Positions 47,365-56,541 of a stretch of 62,933 nt of DNA are shown in pieces. The notes beneath the pieces are model-generated. The model saw only the letters and a list, made by a program, of their open reading frames with translations. It was not told the DNA's origin and searched no databases. The position numbers and the translations under genes were made by a program. Each line of letters starts with the position of its first letter. The stretch's first letter is position 1. This DNA is from a virus (Duplodnaviria > Caudoviricetes). The stretch spans positions 1 to 62,933 of IMG/VR virus record IMGVR_UViG_3300037424_000900. One strand, 5' to 3'.

Positions 47365-48758
47365 TGACTATCAATCCAAAAACATACAAGGCATATCATT
47401 TATTTCATGATGGTATTTTAGCTTTAGCGAGGGCTGAACAACAAGGATTTCGTATTGATTTAGATTATATTCAAAAAAAGAAAACCGAATTAAATCGAAA
47501 GCGATCCAGATTGGAGAATAATTTCAAAGATTCCGAATTATTTAACGAATGGAAAAAGCATTTTCCAAATGTTAATTTAAATTCTCATGATCAACTGAAG
47601 GAATTGTTGTATCAAATAAAGGGAATAAAACCAATGAAAGAAACAGCTTCAGGAAAAGGCTCAACTGACATTGATTCCTTACGTTATTTACAAATTCCAG
47701 AAATTGAATTCTTCATCGAAAAAAATAGAATTAAAAAGGCTTTAGATGTGCTTTCAGGTTTTGAAAGAGAGCAAGTTGATGGGGTTGTTCACCCCTTTTT
47801 CAATTTGCATATTCCTGTAACATTCCGTGGCAGTTCAGATTCCCCTAATTTCCAAAATATTCCAGTCAGGGATGAAGAATTAATGCAAATATGTCGTCAA
47901 ACAGTTTTCCCCCGTTTTGGAAATCAACTACTTGAAACAGACTTTAAAGGAATTGAAGTTGGTATTTCTGCTTGTTATAACAATGACCCCGCTTTAATCA
48001 AATATGTATCAAATCTTCAATTAGATATGCATGGAGATATGGCAAAGCAGATATTCCTTATTAAAAATTTTGATAAAGACATCCATTCTCATGATATATT
48101 AAGAAAAGCAGCAAAAAATGGATTTGTGTTTCCGCAATTTTATGGAGACTATTTTGTAAAGAATGCTTTCAGTTTAGCTTGTGAGTGGGGAAAATTACCT
48201 GATGGGGTATGGAAAAAGGGACAAGGTATACAATTAGATGATACTACAACCCTTTCTGATCATTTAATTTCCAATAGATTTAAATCATTAGAATCTTTTA
48301 CTAAACACTTGGAAAAGATTGAACATGATTTTTGGAATAAACGCTTTCCTGTTTATAAACAATGGAAGGAAGATTGGTACAACGACTATCAGAAAAAAGG
48401 GTATGTTGATTTAAAGACTGGTTTCAGATGTAGTGGAATAATGTCGAAGAATGAAGTGACTAATTACCCTGTTCAGGGAGCAGCTTTTCATTGTCTTCTT
48501 TGGTCGTTAATACAACTGGATAAGTTTATCATTGCCTTTAATTTAAAATCAAGAATAATTGGACAAATCCATGATAGTATAATTATTGATGTATTCCCTA
48601 AAGAATTGAAAATTATAACAGAAAGGATACGTGAAATAACAACGAAAGAATTACCAAAGGTATTTGATTGGATTATAGTTCCACTTGAAATTAGTATGGA
48701 AGTTTGTAATATTGATGAATCATGGGCAGAAAAGAAGAAATTAAAAAAAGCCGCTTAA
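47361..48758 (+). CDS. Family A DNA polymerase, polymerase domain only
   Basis: TFRGSSDSPNFQNIP, motif A DFKGIEV, motif B RKAAKNGFVFPQFYG, NYPVQG, motif C QIHDS; start at ATG 47361. Confidence 0.93.
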   Translation: MMTINPKTYKAYHLFHDGILALARAEQQGFRIDLDYIQKKKTELNRKRSRLENNFKDSELFNEWKKHFPNVNLNSHDQLKELLYQIKGIKPMKETASGKGSTDIDSLRYLQIPEIEFFIEKNRIKKALDVLSGFEREQVDGVVHPFFNLHIPVTFRGSSDSPNFQNIPVRDEELMQICRQTVFPRFGNQLLETDFKGIEVGISACYNNDPALIKYVSNLQLDMHGDMAKQIFLIKNFDKDIHSHDILRKAAKNGFVFPQFYGDYFVKNAFSLACEWGKLPDGVWKKGQGIQLDDTTTLSDHLISNRFKSLESFTKHLEKIEHDFWNKRFPVYKQWKEDWYNDYQKKGYVDLKTGFRCSGIMSKNEVTNYPVQGAAFHCLLWSLIQLDKFIIAFNLKSRIIGQIHDSIIIDVFPKELKIITERIREITTKELPKVFDWIIVPLEISMEVCNIDESWAEKKKLKKAA

Positions 48759-48863
48759 TATATGAAATGTCAATCTGAAGGGTGTAAAAACAAATACATT
48801 ATTAGCCATAGGAAAACTTAATCCAGATTGGATTATGTTGGATTATTGCCCATATTAAAATTA

Positions 48864-48875
48864 AATTGTATAATA
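48864..48875 (+). promoter_or_regulatory. AATTGTATAATA motif
   Basis: Intergenic, 15 nt before ORF 48891. Confidence 0.6.
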
Positions 48876-48890
48876 TAAAAACAAATAATT

Positions 48891-49085
48891 ATGGTACTAA
48901 TATTATTAAAACCTTTAAATCAAGAATTCACAAGTGACAAAAGTATGGATGAAGTGAAGGATATTATTGAGAAAGTAATTAAAGATGAAATCCAATTCCT
49001 TTCTTTTGATGAATCCAAGCAAAAAAGAGTGTATTTACCAAGACAATATTTTGTAGAAAATATAATTGAAATAACTGAAAAATGA
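48891..49085 (+). CDS. Hypothetical protein
   Basis: 64 aa, coupled to the clamp loader. Confidence 0.55.
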   Translation: MVLILLKPLNQEFTSDKSMDEVKDIIEKVIKDEIQFLSFDESKQKRVYLPRQYFVENIIEITEK

Positions 49086-49993
49086 ACTTATACAACAAAT
49101 ACCGCCCATCTACATTTGAAAAAGTAATGGGAAATGATGCTGTAGTATCATCATTAAGTAAAATGCTTACCAATCTTACAACTTGTCCCCATTCTTTTCT
49201 TTTAACTGGCCCTACAGGTTGTGGTAAAACTACAATTGGTAGAATAATATCCAACGAACTTGGTTGTAAGGGTTCTGATCTTAGAGAGAATAACACTGCG
49301 GACTTTCGTGGCATTGATACGGTTAGGGAAATAATTAGCAATAGTTCATTTAAGCCATTGGAAGGGGCTTGTCGTGTTTGGATTATTGATGAATGTCATA
49401 AGATGACAAATGATGCTCAAAATGCTTTGTTGAAAATTCTTGAAGATACTCCAAATCATGTTTATTTTATTCTCTGTACAACAGAACCACAAAAACTATT
49501 ACAAACGATCAAGGGACGTTGCCAAACGTTCCAATTAAACGTGCTTTCGGATGATCAAATGCGTATTTTACTACGTAAAATTGTCAGAGAAGAAAAAGAA
49601 ATGGTGGAAAAAGAAGTATTTGATCAAATCGTCCAAGATAGTTTAGGGCATCCCCGTAATGCTATTAACATTCTTGAACAAGTTCTTTCTGTTGAACCTG
49701 ATTTAAGGTTAGAAATAGCCAAAAAGACTGCGGAAAGACAAAGTCAATCAATTGAACTTTGCCGAGCGTTAATTAAAAGGGAATCGTGGAAGAAAATCAT
49801 TCAAATTCTTGATGGTTTAAAAGATCAGGAGGCTGAAGATATAAGAAGGGTGGTGTTAGGTTACTGCCAAGCAATTTTATTGAAGGAAAGCAATGATTTT
49901 GCCGCTCGTATTATTGAGGAATTCTGGGAACCATTTTATAATGTAGGTTTCCCCGGTCTTGTTTACAGTTGTTATTCAATCACTAAAAATTAA
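49082..49993 (+). CDS. dnaX: Clamp loader ATPase (DNA pol III gamma/tau-like)
   Basis: LYNKYRP..F, GPTGCGKTT, IIDECH, AQNALLKILE, TIKGRC. Confidence 0.92.
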   Translation: MNLYNKYRPSTFEKVMGNDAVVSSLSKMLTNLTTCPHSFLLTGPTGCGKTTIGRIISNELGCKGSDLRENNTADFRGIDTVREIISNSSFKPLEGACRVWIIDECHKMTNDAQNALLKILEDTPNHVYFILCTTEPQKLLQTIKGRCQTFQLNVLSDDQMRILLRKIVREEKEMVEKEVFDQIVQDSLGHPRNAINILEQVLSVEPDLRLEIAKKTAERQSQSIELCRALIKRESWKKIIQILDGLKDQEAEDIRRVVLGYCQAILLKESNDFAARIIEEFWEPFYNVGFPGLVYSCYSITKN

Positions 49994-49996
49994 AAT

Positions 49997-50503
49997 ATGG
50001 AGGAATTAGATTATATTAAAGATGTCAAAATTGATGAGTCTGCTTTAGATGTAGAATGGTTGGAGCAAACTACATTATTAGTAAAGTACGCTCGAAATGC
50101 TGCTAAATGGCATAAAAGGGTAATGCAAGCTGAAGAAAAAATAAAAGTTGTACGTGCCGAATTGATTGAAGAAGCTAATCAATTTCCTGATAGATGTTTG
50201 GGTAAAGGTATAAAACCAACTGCCCCAAATATAGAATCTTATTACAGAAATCATGAAGATCACAAAGCAGCAAAGGAAGAATGGATAACTGCTACTTTTG
50301 AATATGACATTGCACTAGCTGCAAAAGATGCTATATCGTTTTCAAGAAAAGCTGCTTTGGAGAATTTAGTTATTTTACATGGACAACAATACTTTGCTGG
50401 GCCAAGAGTACCAAGAAATTTATCAGAAGAAAGGGAAATGAGAGCAAAAAAAGTAGATGAAGGCATAGCAAATGGCTTAAATAAAAGGATCAGAAGATCA
50501 TAA
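49997..50503 (+). CDS. Recombination mediator (UvsY-like)
   Basis: DVKIDESALDVEWLEQ, helical; next to SSB and RecA. Confidence 0.55.
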   Translation: MEELDYIKDVKIDESALDVEWLEQTTLLVKYARNAAKWHKRVMQAEEKIKVVRAELIEEANQFPDRCLGKGIKPTAPNIESYYRNHEDHKAAKEEWITATFEYDIALAAKDAISFSRKAALENLVILHGQQYFAGPRVPRNLSEEREMRAKKVDEGIANGLNKRIRRS

Positions 50504-50535
50504 TTATAATTATAAACAATTTAAAACTTAAAAAA

Positions 50536-52008
50536 ATGAGCAGACCTGAAAGAAAAAGTAATTTTAGAGGAAAAGTTGGTGAAGATGCTGAGCGTCACCA
50601 AAGAGAAGGCAGTGAATATGGATATTTAAACTTGCCTAAAGGAATTAAAATGTTTAAACCAGTAGAAGGTCAATATTTTATTGATATTATACCTTATGTG
50701 GTGACTGACGAAAAGCACCCAGACGCAGACGCAGAAAAAGAAATCGCTTTGCCTGATATGCTTTGGTACAAGCGCCCATTTAAAATTCACCGTAATATTG
50801 GAGGGGGCCAAGGAGAATCAGTTGTATGTCTTTCTTCTATTGGTAAACCTTGTCCAATTTGTAAGGCACGAGCAGAAATGACTCGAAATGGGGCAGATAA
50901 AAAAGAAACTGATACCTTAAAACCATCCTTGCGTAATCTATACGCCGTTATTCCCTTAGGTTCAAAAGATTTCGATGAAAATGTTCATCTTTGGGATATG
51001 TCTAATGCTTTATTTCAAGATTTATTGGAGCAGGAAATAGGGTATAATAAAAAATATGATGTATTTCCTGATCTTGAAGAAGGGTACACCTTAAAAGTTC
51101 GTTTTGAAGAAGATTCGTATATGAAAAATAAATTCTATGAAGCTAAACGAATTGACTTTGAAGATCGTGAGCAACCTTACAAAGAATCCATTTTGGATGA
51201 AGTTATTGACTTGGATAATGTATTGAAAATACTAAGTTACGAAGAACTTGAAAAGAAATTCCTTGAAATTGACGATGACGATGATGCAAAAGATCGTAAA
51301 GACAATAAAACCGACAAAACACGATGCAGTCACAAAGATGAAAGTAATGACAGAAGATCGGAAAGGAATACCAGACTGCCAGAAAAGGAAGAAGAAAAAT
51401 CATCATCCAGACGTGAAGAAAGGTCAACATCAAGGAGAGATGATAAAAGGTCATCCAGACAAACAGAAAAGGAATCAGAACCTGAATTTACTTGGCAAGA
51501 TTTACAAGCAATGAGTGAAGAAAGGTTAATTAGGATAATAGACAGCAAAGATTTAGACATCAATGTGGATGATTACAAAGATGATATTGATGGTTTAACT
51601 GAGGCCGTGGCTACTGCTCTTGGAGTGGAAATTCCAGAACCCCCAAAAAAGTCATCTGGTAAGGAAAAGGACAATGTTTGTGTAGCTTGTCAAGGTACTG
51701 GTAAGAATTCCCGTGGTAGAACTTGCCCAATATGTAACGGAACAGGAATGAAACCTGAAGAAAAAGAAGAAAGGCAAGAAAGAACTTCTACAAGAGGCAG
51801 TAGAAATGATAAGGATGATGAACCTGTAAGGCAAACTAGAATAGTTAGCAGAAATCAACCAAAAGAAGTGGCATCAGGTGGTCGTTCAAAATCAGATAAA
51901 GAATGCCCTGCTGGTCTTGTATTCGGTAAGGATAATGGAACTGATGTGGCTTGTGATACTTGCGATCTGTATGACGACTGTATTGAAGCTAAAGTAAAAA
52001 GAAGATAA
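50536..52008 (+). CDS. Single-stranded DNA-binding protein (gp32-like) with charged IDR and zinc modules
   Basis: HRNIG...VVC...PCPIC core; R/E/S/D-rich tract; two CxxCxGTG; C-terminal CP...FG...CDTC..YDDC. Confidence 0.7.
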   Translation: MSRPERKSNFRGKVGEDAERHQREGSEYGYLNLPKGIKMFKPVEGQYFIDIIPYVVTDEKHPDADAEKEIALPDMLWYKRPFKIHRNIGGGQGESVVCLSSIGKPCPICKARAEMTRNGADKKETDTLKPSLRNLYAVIPLGSKDFDENVHLWDMSNALFQDLLEQEIGYNKKYDVFPDLEEGYTLKVRFEEDSYMKNKFYEAKRIDFEDREQPYKESILDEVIDLDNVLKILSYEELEKKFLEIDDDDDAKDRKDNKTDKTRCSHKDESNDRRSERNTRLPEKEEEKSSSRREERSTSRRDDKRSSRQTEKESEPEFTWQDLQAMSEERLIRIIDSKDLDINVDDYKDDIDGLTEAVATALGVEIPEPPKKSSGKEKDNVCVACQGTGKNSRGRTCPICNGTGMKPEEKEERQERTSTRGSRNDKDDEPVRQTRIVSRNQPKEVASGGRSKSDKECPAGLVFGKDNGTDVACDTCDLYDDCIEAKVKRR

Positions 52009-52365
52009 ATGAAAATACTGAAAAGCTCAAGTAAAGGAGAGTGTGTATCAGGAAAGATTGTAGGAGCTATGTTGCCTGGGCAACTACACTCCTACCTTTC
52101 TTTGTATGCAGTGGCTACTAGCCAAACCAAAACATCTATTGTGAAGAAAGAACTTCAGAAATGGGCAGAACTTGAGATGAAGGTAAATACTGAAGATGTT
52201 TTGGTCAAATTACTTTCTGATAAGATATTAGAATCCTGGGAGAAGTTCAAAGATGAACATAAAAAAGCAACTTTTTCTACATTTAAGGCTTATATCAAAA
52301 CAGAATTGAAAGATAAGGGGATTTCTTACAATATTATTCGTGAAATATTTAAAATTATTGAGTAA
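52009..52365 (+). CDS. Hypothetical protein
   Basis: 118 aa between SSB and RecA. Confidence 0.6.
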   Translation: MKILKSSSKGECVSGKIVGAMLPGQLHSYLSLYAVATSQTKTSIVKKELQKWAELEMKVNTEDVLVKLLSDKILESWEKFKDEHKKATFSTFKAYIKTELKDKGISYNIIREIFKIIE

Positions 52366-53396
52366 TGCAGAGAGGCACAGCAAGTTTAAGTCAACAGATG
52401 AAACGCCATTCCAATACCAAGGAAGTTGACAAAGCATTTGAAGGGAATTTTTCCATGGTTACCAGTTCAGGTTCCACTCTATTGGATTTAGCAATATCAT
52501 CAAATAGAGTTCGTGGAGGGGGCTTTCCATCGGGAATAGTGGTAGAGGCTTTTGGACCAAGCCAAAGTGGTAAAACAGCATTATTATGTGAAACTGCTGG
52601 TGGTATAGAAAGGAATGGTGGAGATAATCAATTTCATGATCCAGAAGCGAGGTTGGATGAAGAATTTGCCAGGTTATTTGGTATGACTTTATCAAAGAAA
52701 AATTATTACAGGCCTGATTTAGTCCCAGAAGTATTTGAAAAAGTTCGTTTATGGAAGCCTGATATAAAAGTCGTTAATGGGATTTTTGCTGATTCTCTTG
52801 CTGCTTTGTCTACAGAAATGGAAATGGACAAAGATGAAGGGGATAAAATGGGTGGAAGAAGGGCTAAGGAATTCAGTGAACAACTTAGAAAAACTTGCAG
52901 AATTCTTAAAAATAATAATTACCTAATGGTATGTAGTAATCAAATCCGTGAGAATATGGGGGGATTTGGTGAAAAATATTGTACTCCAGGGGGCCATGCC
53001 ATGGAATTTTATTCAACTGTTCGACTCAAATTTGGATGGCCCGCTAAAATACCGAAAGAAAAAACTATAGCTAACAAGAAAGTTGAAAGAATAATTGGGA
53101 TTAAGACCGAAATTGAAGTTGTTAAAACTGCTGATGTTCCTTATAGAAAAGCTCCTATTTACATCATTTATGGGTATGGTATTGACGATATTCGTGCCAA
53201 TCTACAATATATAAAAGATCACACTAAAAACACCGTTTATCAGGTAGGTTCTGAAATACTTTCCAATTCAATGGATGATTCTATAAAGTATGTTGAAGAA
53301 GATAAATTGCAACAAAAACTTAAAGATGAGGTTATTGAATTATGGAATTTTATTGAAAAAAAATTTAGCAGTAACCGTACAAAAATAAGAATATGA
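52365..53396 (+). CDS. recA: RecA/UvsX recombinase
   Basis: SSGSTLLDLAI, GPSQSGKT, DSLAAL, NQIR, TPGG.AMEFYS. Confidence 0.93.
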   Translation: MQRGTASLSQQMKRHSNTKEVDKAFEGNFSMVTSSGSTLLDLAISSNRVRGGGFPSGIVVEAFGPSQSGKTALLCETAGGIERNGGDNQFHDPEARLDEEFARLFGMTLSKKNYYRPDLVPEVFEKVRLWKPDIKVVNGIFADSLAALSTEMEMDKDEGDKMGGRRAKEFSEQLRKTCRILKNNNYLMVCSNQIRENMGGFGEKYCTPGGHAMEFYSTVRLKFGWPAKIPKEKTIANKKVERIIGIKTEIEVVKTADVPYRKAPIYIIYGYGIDDIRANLQYIKDHTKNTVYQVGSEILSNSMDDSIKYVEEDKLQQKLKDEVIELWNFIEKKFSSNRTKIRI

Positions 53397-53596
53397 ACGA
53401 AATTATATTCACTTTGATAATAACTTTAATTTTAGGGTGTTTTGCTGGTAGAGAATTATATAAAATAGAGTTGAAAAGAAAGGCAAAAAGAAAGAAGAAA
53501 AACCCTGACTATTGTGCTTGCAAAGAAATATGTTCTAATCATCTTTGTAAGAATATGCCTGATGAATGTTGTTACGATACAAGACCATGGGAATGA
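53393..53596 (+). CDS. Small TM + Cys-rich protein
   Basis: 67 aa, ATGA overlaps. Confidence 0.5.
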   Translation: MNEIIFTLIITLILGCFAGRELYKIELKRKAKRKKKNPDYCACKEICSNHLCKNMPDECCYDTRPWE

Positions 53597-53835
53597 TGCA
53601 ACCAACACCATTAGAATTACTCAGAAAATGTCTTGCTGAATACAAAAGAGATTTAGAAAAATCAACTGAATTGTATAAGGATGGCAAGATTGATGTTGAA
53701 ACTCATCTTATTCATAAGGAGAATATACGCCCTACTATAGTTACTTATGAAAAAGCAATAAATATCTTGGAAATAAACGAAAAAACTGAAACACAATGCG
53801 ACGAGATACACGACCACCTCAAAACAATATCTTAA
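53593..53835 (+). CDS. Hypothetical protein
   Basis: Start moved to ATG 53593. Confidence 0.55.
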   Translation: MMQPTPLELLRKCLAEYKRDLEKSTELYKDGKIDVETHLIHKENIRPTIVTYEKAINILEINEKTETQCDEIHDHLKTIS

Positions 53836-54278
53836 ACCTTCTTGCTCTTGATGTAGCTACTCATTGTGGATGGGCTACATCAATAAATGTATATGGGGTT
53901 TGGGATTTAACACCAAAACGTGATGAAAGTGCTGGAATGCGTTTAATAAGATTCAGATGTAAATTGAAAGAGATAATTCAATCAGAAAAAATTAATCTGG
54001 TAGTTTTTGAACGTCCGGGGGGACAACATAAAGGAGCCATTATTGTTCAATCTGAATTACAAGGACAAATTAAAACTATTTGTGAGGACTTAAAAATCCA
54101 ATATCGTGGGTATTCTTCACAAGAAATTAAAAAATATGCTACAGGAAAAGGAAATTGTGGTAAACCTGTTATGATTAAAGCCGCACAAGATAAATTAGGC
54201 TATCGAGGTGAAAATGATAATGAAGCAGATGCCTTATGGCTCTTAGAACTTGCTAAACATGATTATAAACAAAATTAA
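53796..54278 (+). CDS. ruvC: RuvC-like Holliday junction resolvase
   Basis: LALDVATHCGWA, VVFE, IKKYATGKGN..K, DNEADAL. Confidence 0.88.
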   Translation: MRRDTRPPQNNILNLLALDVATHCGWATSINVYGVWDLTPKRDESAGMRLIRFRCKLKEIIQSEKINLVVFERPGGQHKGAIIVQSELQGQIKTICEDLKIQYRGYSSQEIKKYATGKGNCGKPVMIKAAQDKLGYRGENDNEADALWLLELAKHDYKQN

Positions 54279-54290
54279 AATGTTTAAAAA

Positions 54291-54503
54291 ATGAAAAAAT
54301 CAAAAGTAATTAAATCGAAAAATTTACCTACCAGATTACCATTATGGCAGACAATTACAACTTTGTTGGCTTTGGATTATTGGAATGCTCCACAATGGTT
54401 ATGGGGAGTGTTAGCAACTGTATTTTTAATTGTTTGGGGGGTCGGTGTTGCTGGATTAATTTCAGAAGACAGTGTTGACATTTTTAAAGATAAACAACTA
54501 TGA
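54291..54503 (+). CDS. Small membrane protein
   Basis: Two hydrophobic segments. Confidence 0.6.
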   Translation: MKKSKVIKSKNLPTRLPLWQTITTLLALDYWNAPQWLWGVLATVFLIVWGVGVAGLISEDSVDIFKDKQL

Positions 54504-55006
54504 AAAAATCAGTATTACAAGAATGGGTTGAAGAGCTTACGTATATGCAACAATCGGTTTTATTAACATCATTACGTGGCCCAGATACAATTAAAAAAGA
54601 TCACGTTTCCAAATTACTTATTCGTTGGATGCGTAGATGTGTATTGTTATCTGCTTTTGATGGTAAAGTTTTAAAAACCCCATATGAACCCGGTGGAGGT
54701 TCTTTTACTGGACCATCCTGTACTCTTAAAATGTGGGAAGTTCAAATGGATACATTAATAAATGCTTATCTTAAAACAGTTGATAATCTTCCTCATCATT
54801 TCCAATTGTGTTTTATGCATGCTGCGGAAATTATTGGGTATAAGCATCCTGATAAAGAAATACGTCAGTGGTGGTATGTTCTTTATTTACGATTAGTAAA
54901 TGATCTTCACTTAATGCCAGAACCAGTAGAGAGAATGGATTGGAGATTAGGTGATAAAGAAGAATCTTGGAGAAAAGCTGAAGAAGTAACTGCAAAAAAT
55001 CCTTAA
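54500..55006 (+). CDS. Phage protein of unknown function
   Basis: SVLQEWV...MQQSVLL..LRGPD; LPHHFQL.FMHAAEIIGYKHPD. Confidence 0.7.
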   Translation: MKKSVLQEWVEELTYMQQSVLLTSLRGPDTIKKDHVSKLLIRWMRRCVLLSAFDGKVLKTPYEPGGGSFTGPSCTLKMWEVQMDTLINAYLKTVDNLPHHFQLCFMHAAEIIGYKHPDKEIRQWWYVLYLRLVNDLHLMPEPVERMDWRLGDKEESWRKAEEVTAKNP

Positions 55007-55008
55007 TT

Positions 55009-55383
55009 ATGGTATACAATAATTTACAAATTTACATTAATCAAAACTTTTATTCTAATTCTATTGAAGTTTGGGTGATTGAATTGCAAAGAATTAAACA
55101 ATATAATATTAGTTGTGATGAAAATGGAAAACTTGTAGAAACTGAAATTGATGAAATGGGAGTATTGACAATTAATGACAAGTTAAAGCCCTTTTTAAAT
55201 CTTCCTATGCGTTTTGCTAATGAATTGTTTAAGAGATTAGCGGAATACAATGACAAAAATGGTGTAAAAACAGTGGATCAGAATTTACTTGAAGGTAAAT
55301 TAATGGCCACTGAAGATCACCTAAAAGACATGAAAGAAATGTCTAAAAAACTTCTGGATGCGTATATTTCACAAAAAGATTAA
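55009..55383 (+). CDS. Hypothetical protein
   Basis: C-terminal EGKLMATEDHLKDM. Confidence 0.65.
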   Translation: MVYNNLQIYINQNFYSNSIEVWVIELQRIKQYNISCDENGKLVETEIDEMGVLTINDKLKPFLNLPMRFANELFKRLAEYNDKNGVKTVDQNLLEGKLMATEDHLKDMKEMSKKLLDAYISQKD

Positions 55384-55463
55384 AGACACATTCTATTTTT
55401 ATTCTAAAAAAAGACAAGCGGTTAATGCTTTAAACCGACCGATGCCGGGTTAGCATCCGGCAA

Positions 55464-55997
55464 ATGAATATTAATTTAAAACCAAATATTATGAATACCT
55501 TAAATCTCATATTATTACTATTTTCTATGCTGATTTTTCTATTTTATAATTTATATTATATGGTGGATTTAAAACTTGGTGTACTTAAATCAATTTCTGA
55601 CAGCATCTATCATCTTCCAAAAAATGAAACCTATTTATTCACCTTTTTTCAATGGGGATTAGCTATACCATTAATGATTGTTGGCAATACCCCTTTGATG
55701 TTCTTTTCAGGAGCTTTTATTTGTTTTGTAGGAGTAGCTAATGGACTTGCCAGGTGGGAGCTTGAAGATGCTATTCATGTAGTTGGAGCAACAGGAGGTA
55801 TTGCCCTTGGAGGAGCTTCCATGTGGATTGATTTAAAAATGTGGTATGTTACTGTAATTCTTATTTTATTTACATTATATACCACATCCAAGTGGAATAA
55901 AATATCCAATCATACCACTTGGATTGAAGTATTGGCTTATTTTCTATTTTGGGGGTGTTTATTATATAAAAAAGTTTTAGTTTTAATTATTTTATAA
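55464..55997 (+). CDS. Polytopic membrane protein
   Basis: SISDSIY, FVG, IHVVGA; several TM segments. Confidence 0.65.
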   Translation: MNINLKPNIMNTLNLILLLFSMLIFLFYNLYYMVDLKLGVLKSISDSIYHLPKNETYLFTFFQWGLAIPLMIVGNTPLMFFSGAFICFVGVANGLARWELEDAIHVVGATGGIALGGASMWIDLKMWYVTVILILFTLYTTSKWNKISNHTTWIEVLAYFLFWGCLLYKKVLVLIIL

Positions 55998-56007
55998 GAT
56001 AATCCCC

Positions 56008-56541
56008 ATGAAAACCCTTATTTTAATTGATTTATCATCTATACAAAAGAATCCAAATGCTGGAAATACCATTACTTATTTATTTGGTGATCAAAACGCC
56101 GAATTTGAATGTAATAAAATTCCAGAGTTTTTAATTGAAAATAAACATTATATTTTAACAGAAACTAATATTACAGATAAAAAGGAAAAGTATAAAGGAA
56201 TTTTAATTCAAAAAGAATTTACCAATGATTTAATTGAATTGTTTCAAAAATGGGCTTTTGATAATAAAATAAATAATACTGATTATTTTTTCAATATTAC
56301 TTGGGACAGATCAATAATAGAAGTATCACATATTCCAGAACCAAAATATTTTTATAATTATGAAAACCCCTACGTTAAATGTAGCTATTGTGAAGCTGAT
56401 TTTTTAGTGGGTGAATTAGAAAGTGATGAACTGGATGATGTATTTATCGATAAAATCTGTCCTAAATGTGGTATGAGTGGTTGTGTCGATATTATATTTG
56501 AATCTATTGAAGATGCTTTAAAACGTAAAAACCATGATTAA
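56008..56541 (+). CDS. Hypothetical protein with C-terminal Zn ribbon
   Basis: CSYC...CPKC. Confidence 0.6.
   Translation: MKTLILIDLSSIQKNPNAGNTITYLFGDQNAEFECNKIPEFLIENKHYILTETNITDKKEKYKGILIQKEFTNDLIELFQKWAFDNKINNTDYFFNITWDRSIIEVSHIPEPKYFYNYENPYVKCSYCEADFLVGELESDELDDVFIDKICPKCGMSGCVDIIFESIEDALKRKNHD

Noticed and set aside
55410-55470. tRNA-like element (AAGCGGTTAATGC ... GCCGGGTTAGCATCCGGC)
   Set aside because: Only a T-arm-like hairpin (TGCCGG/CCGGCA) is clear; no convincing acceptor or anticodon stem and no TTCGA. It may be a simple hairpin; tRNAscan/ARAGORN would settle it.
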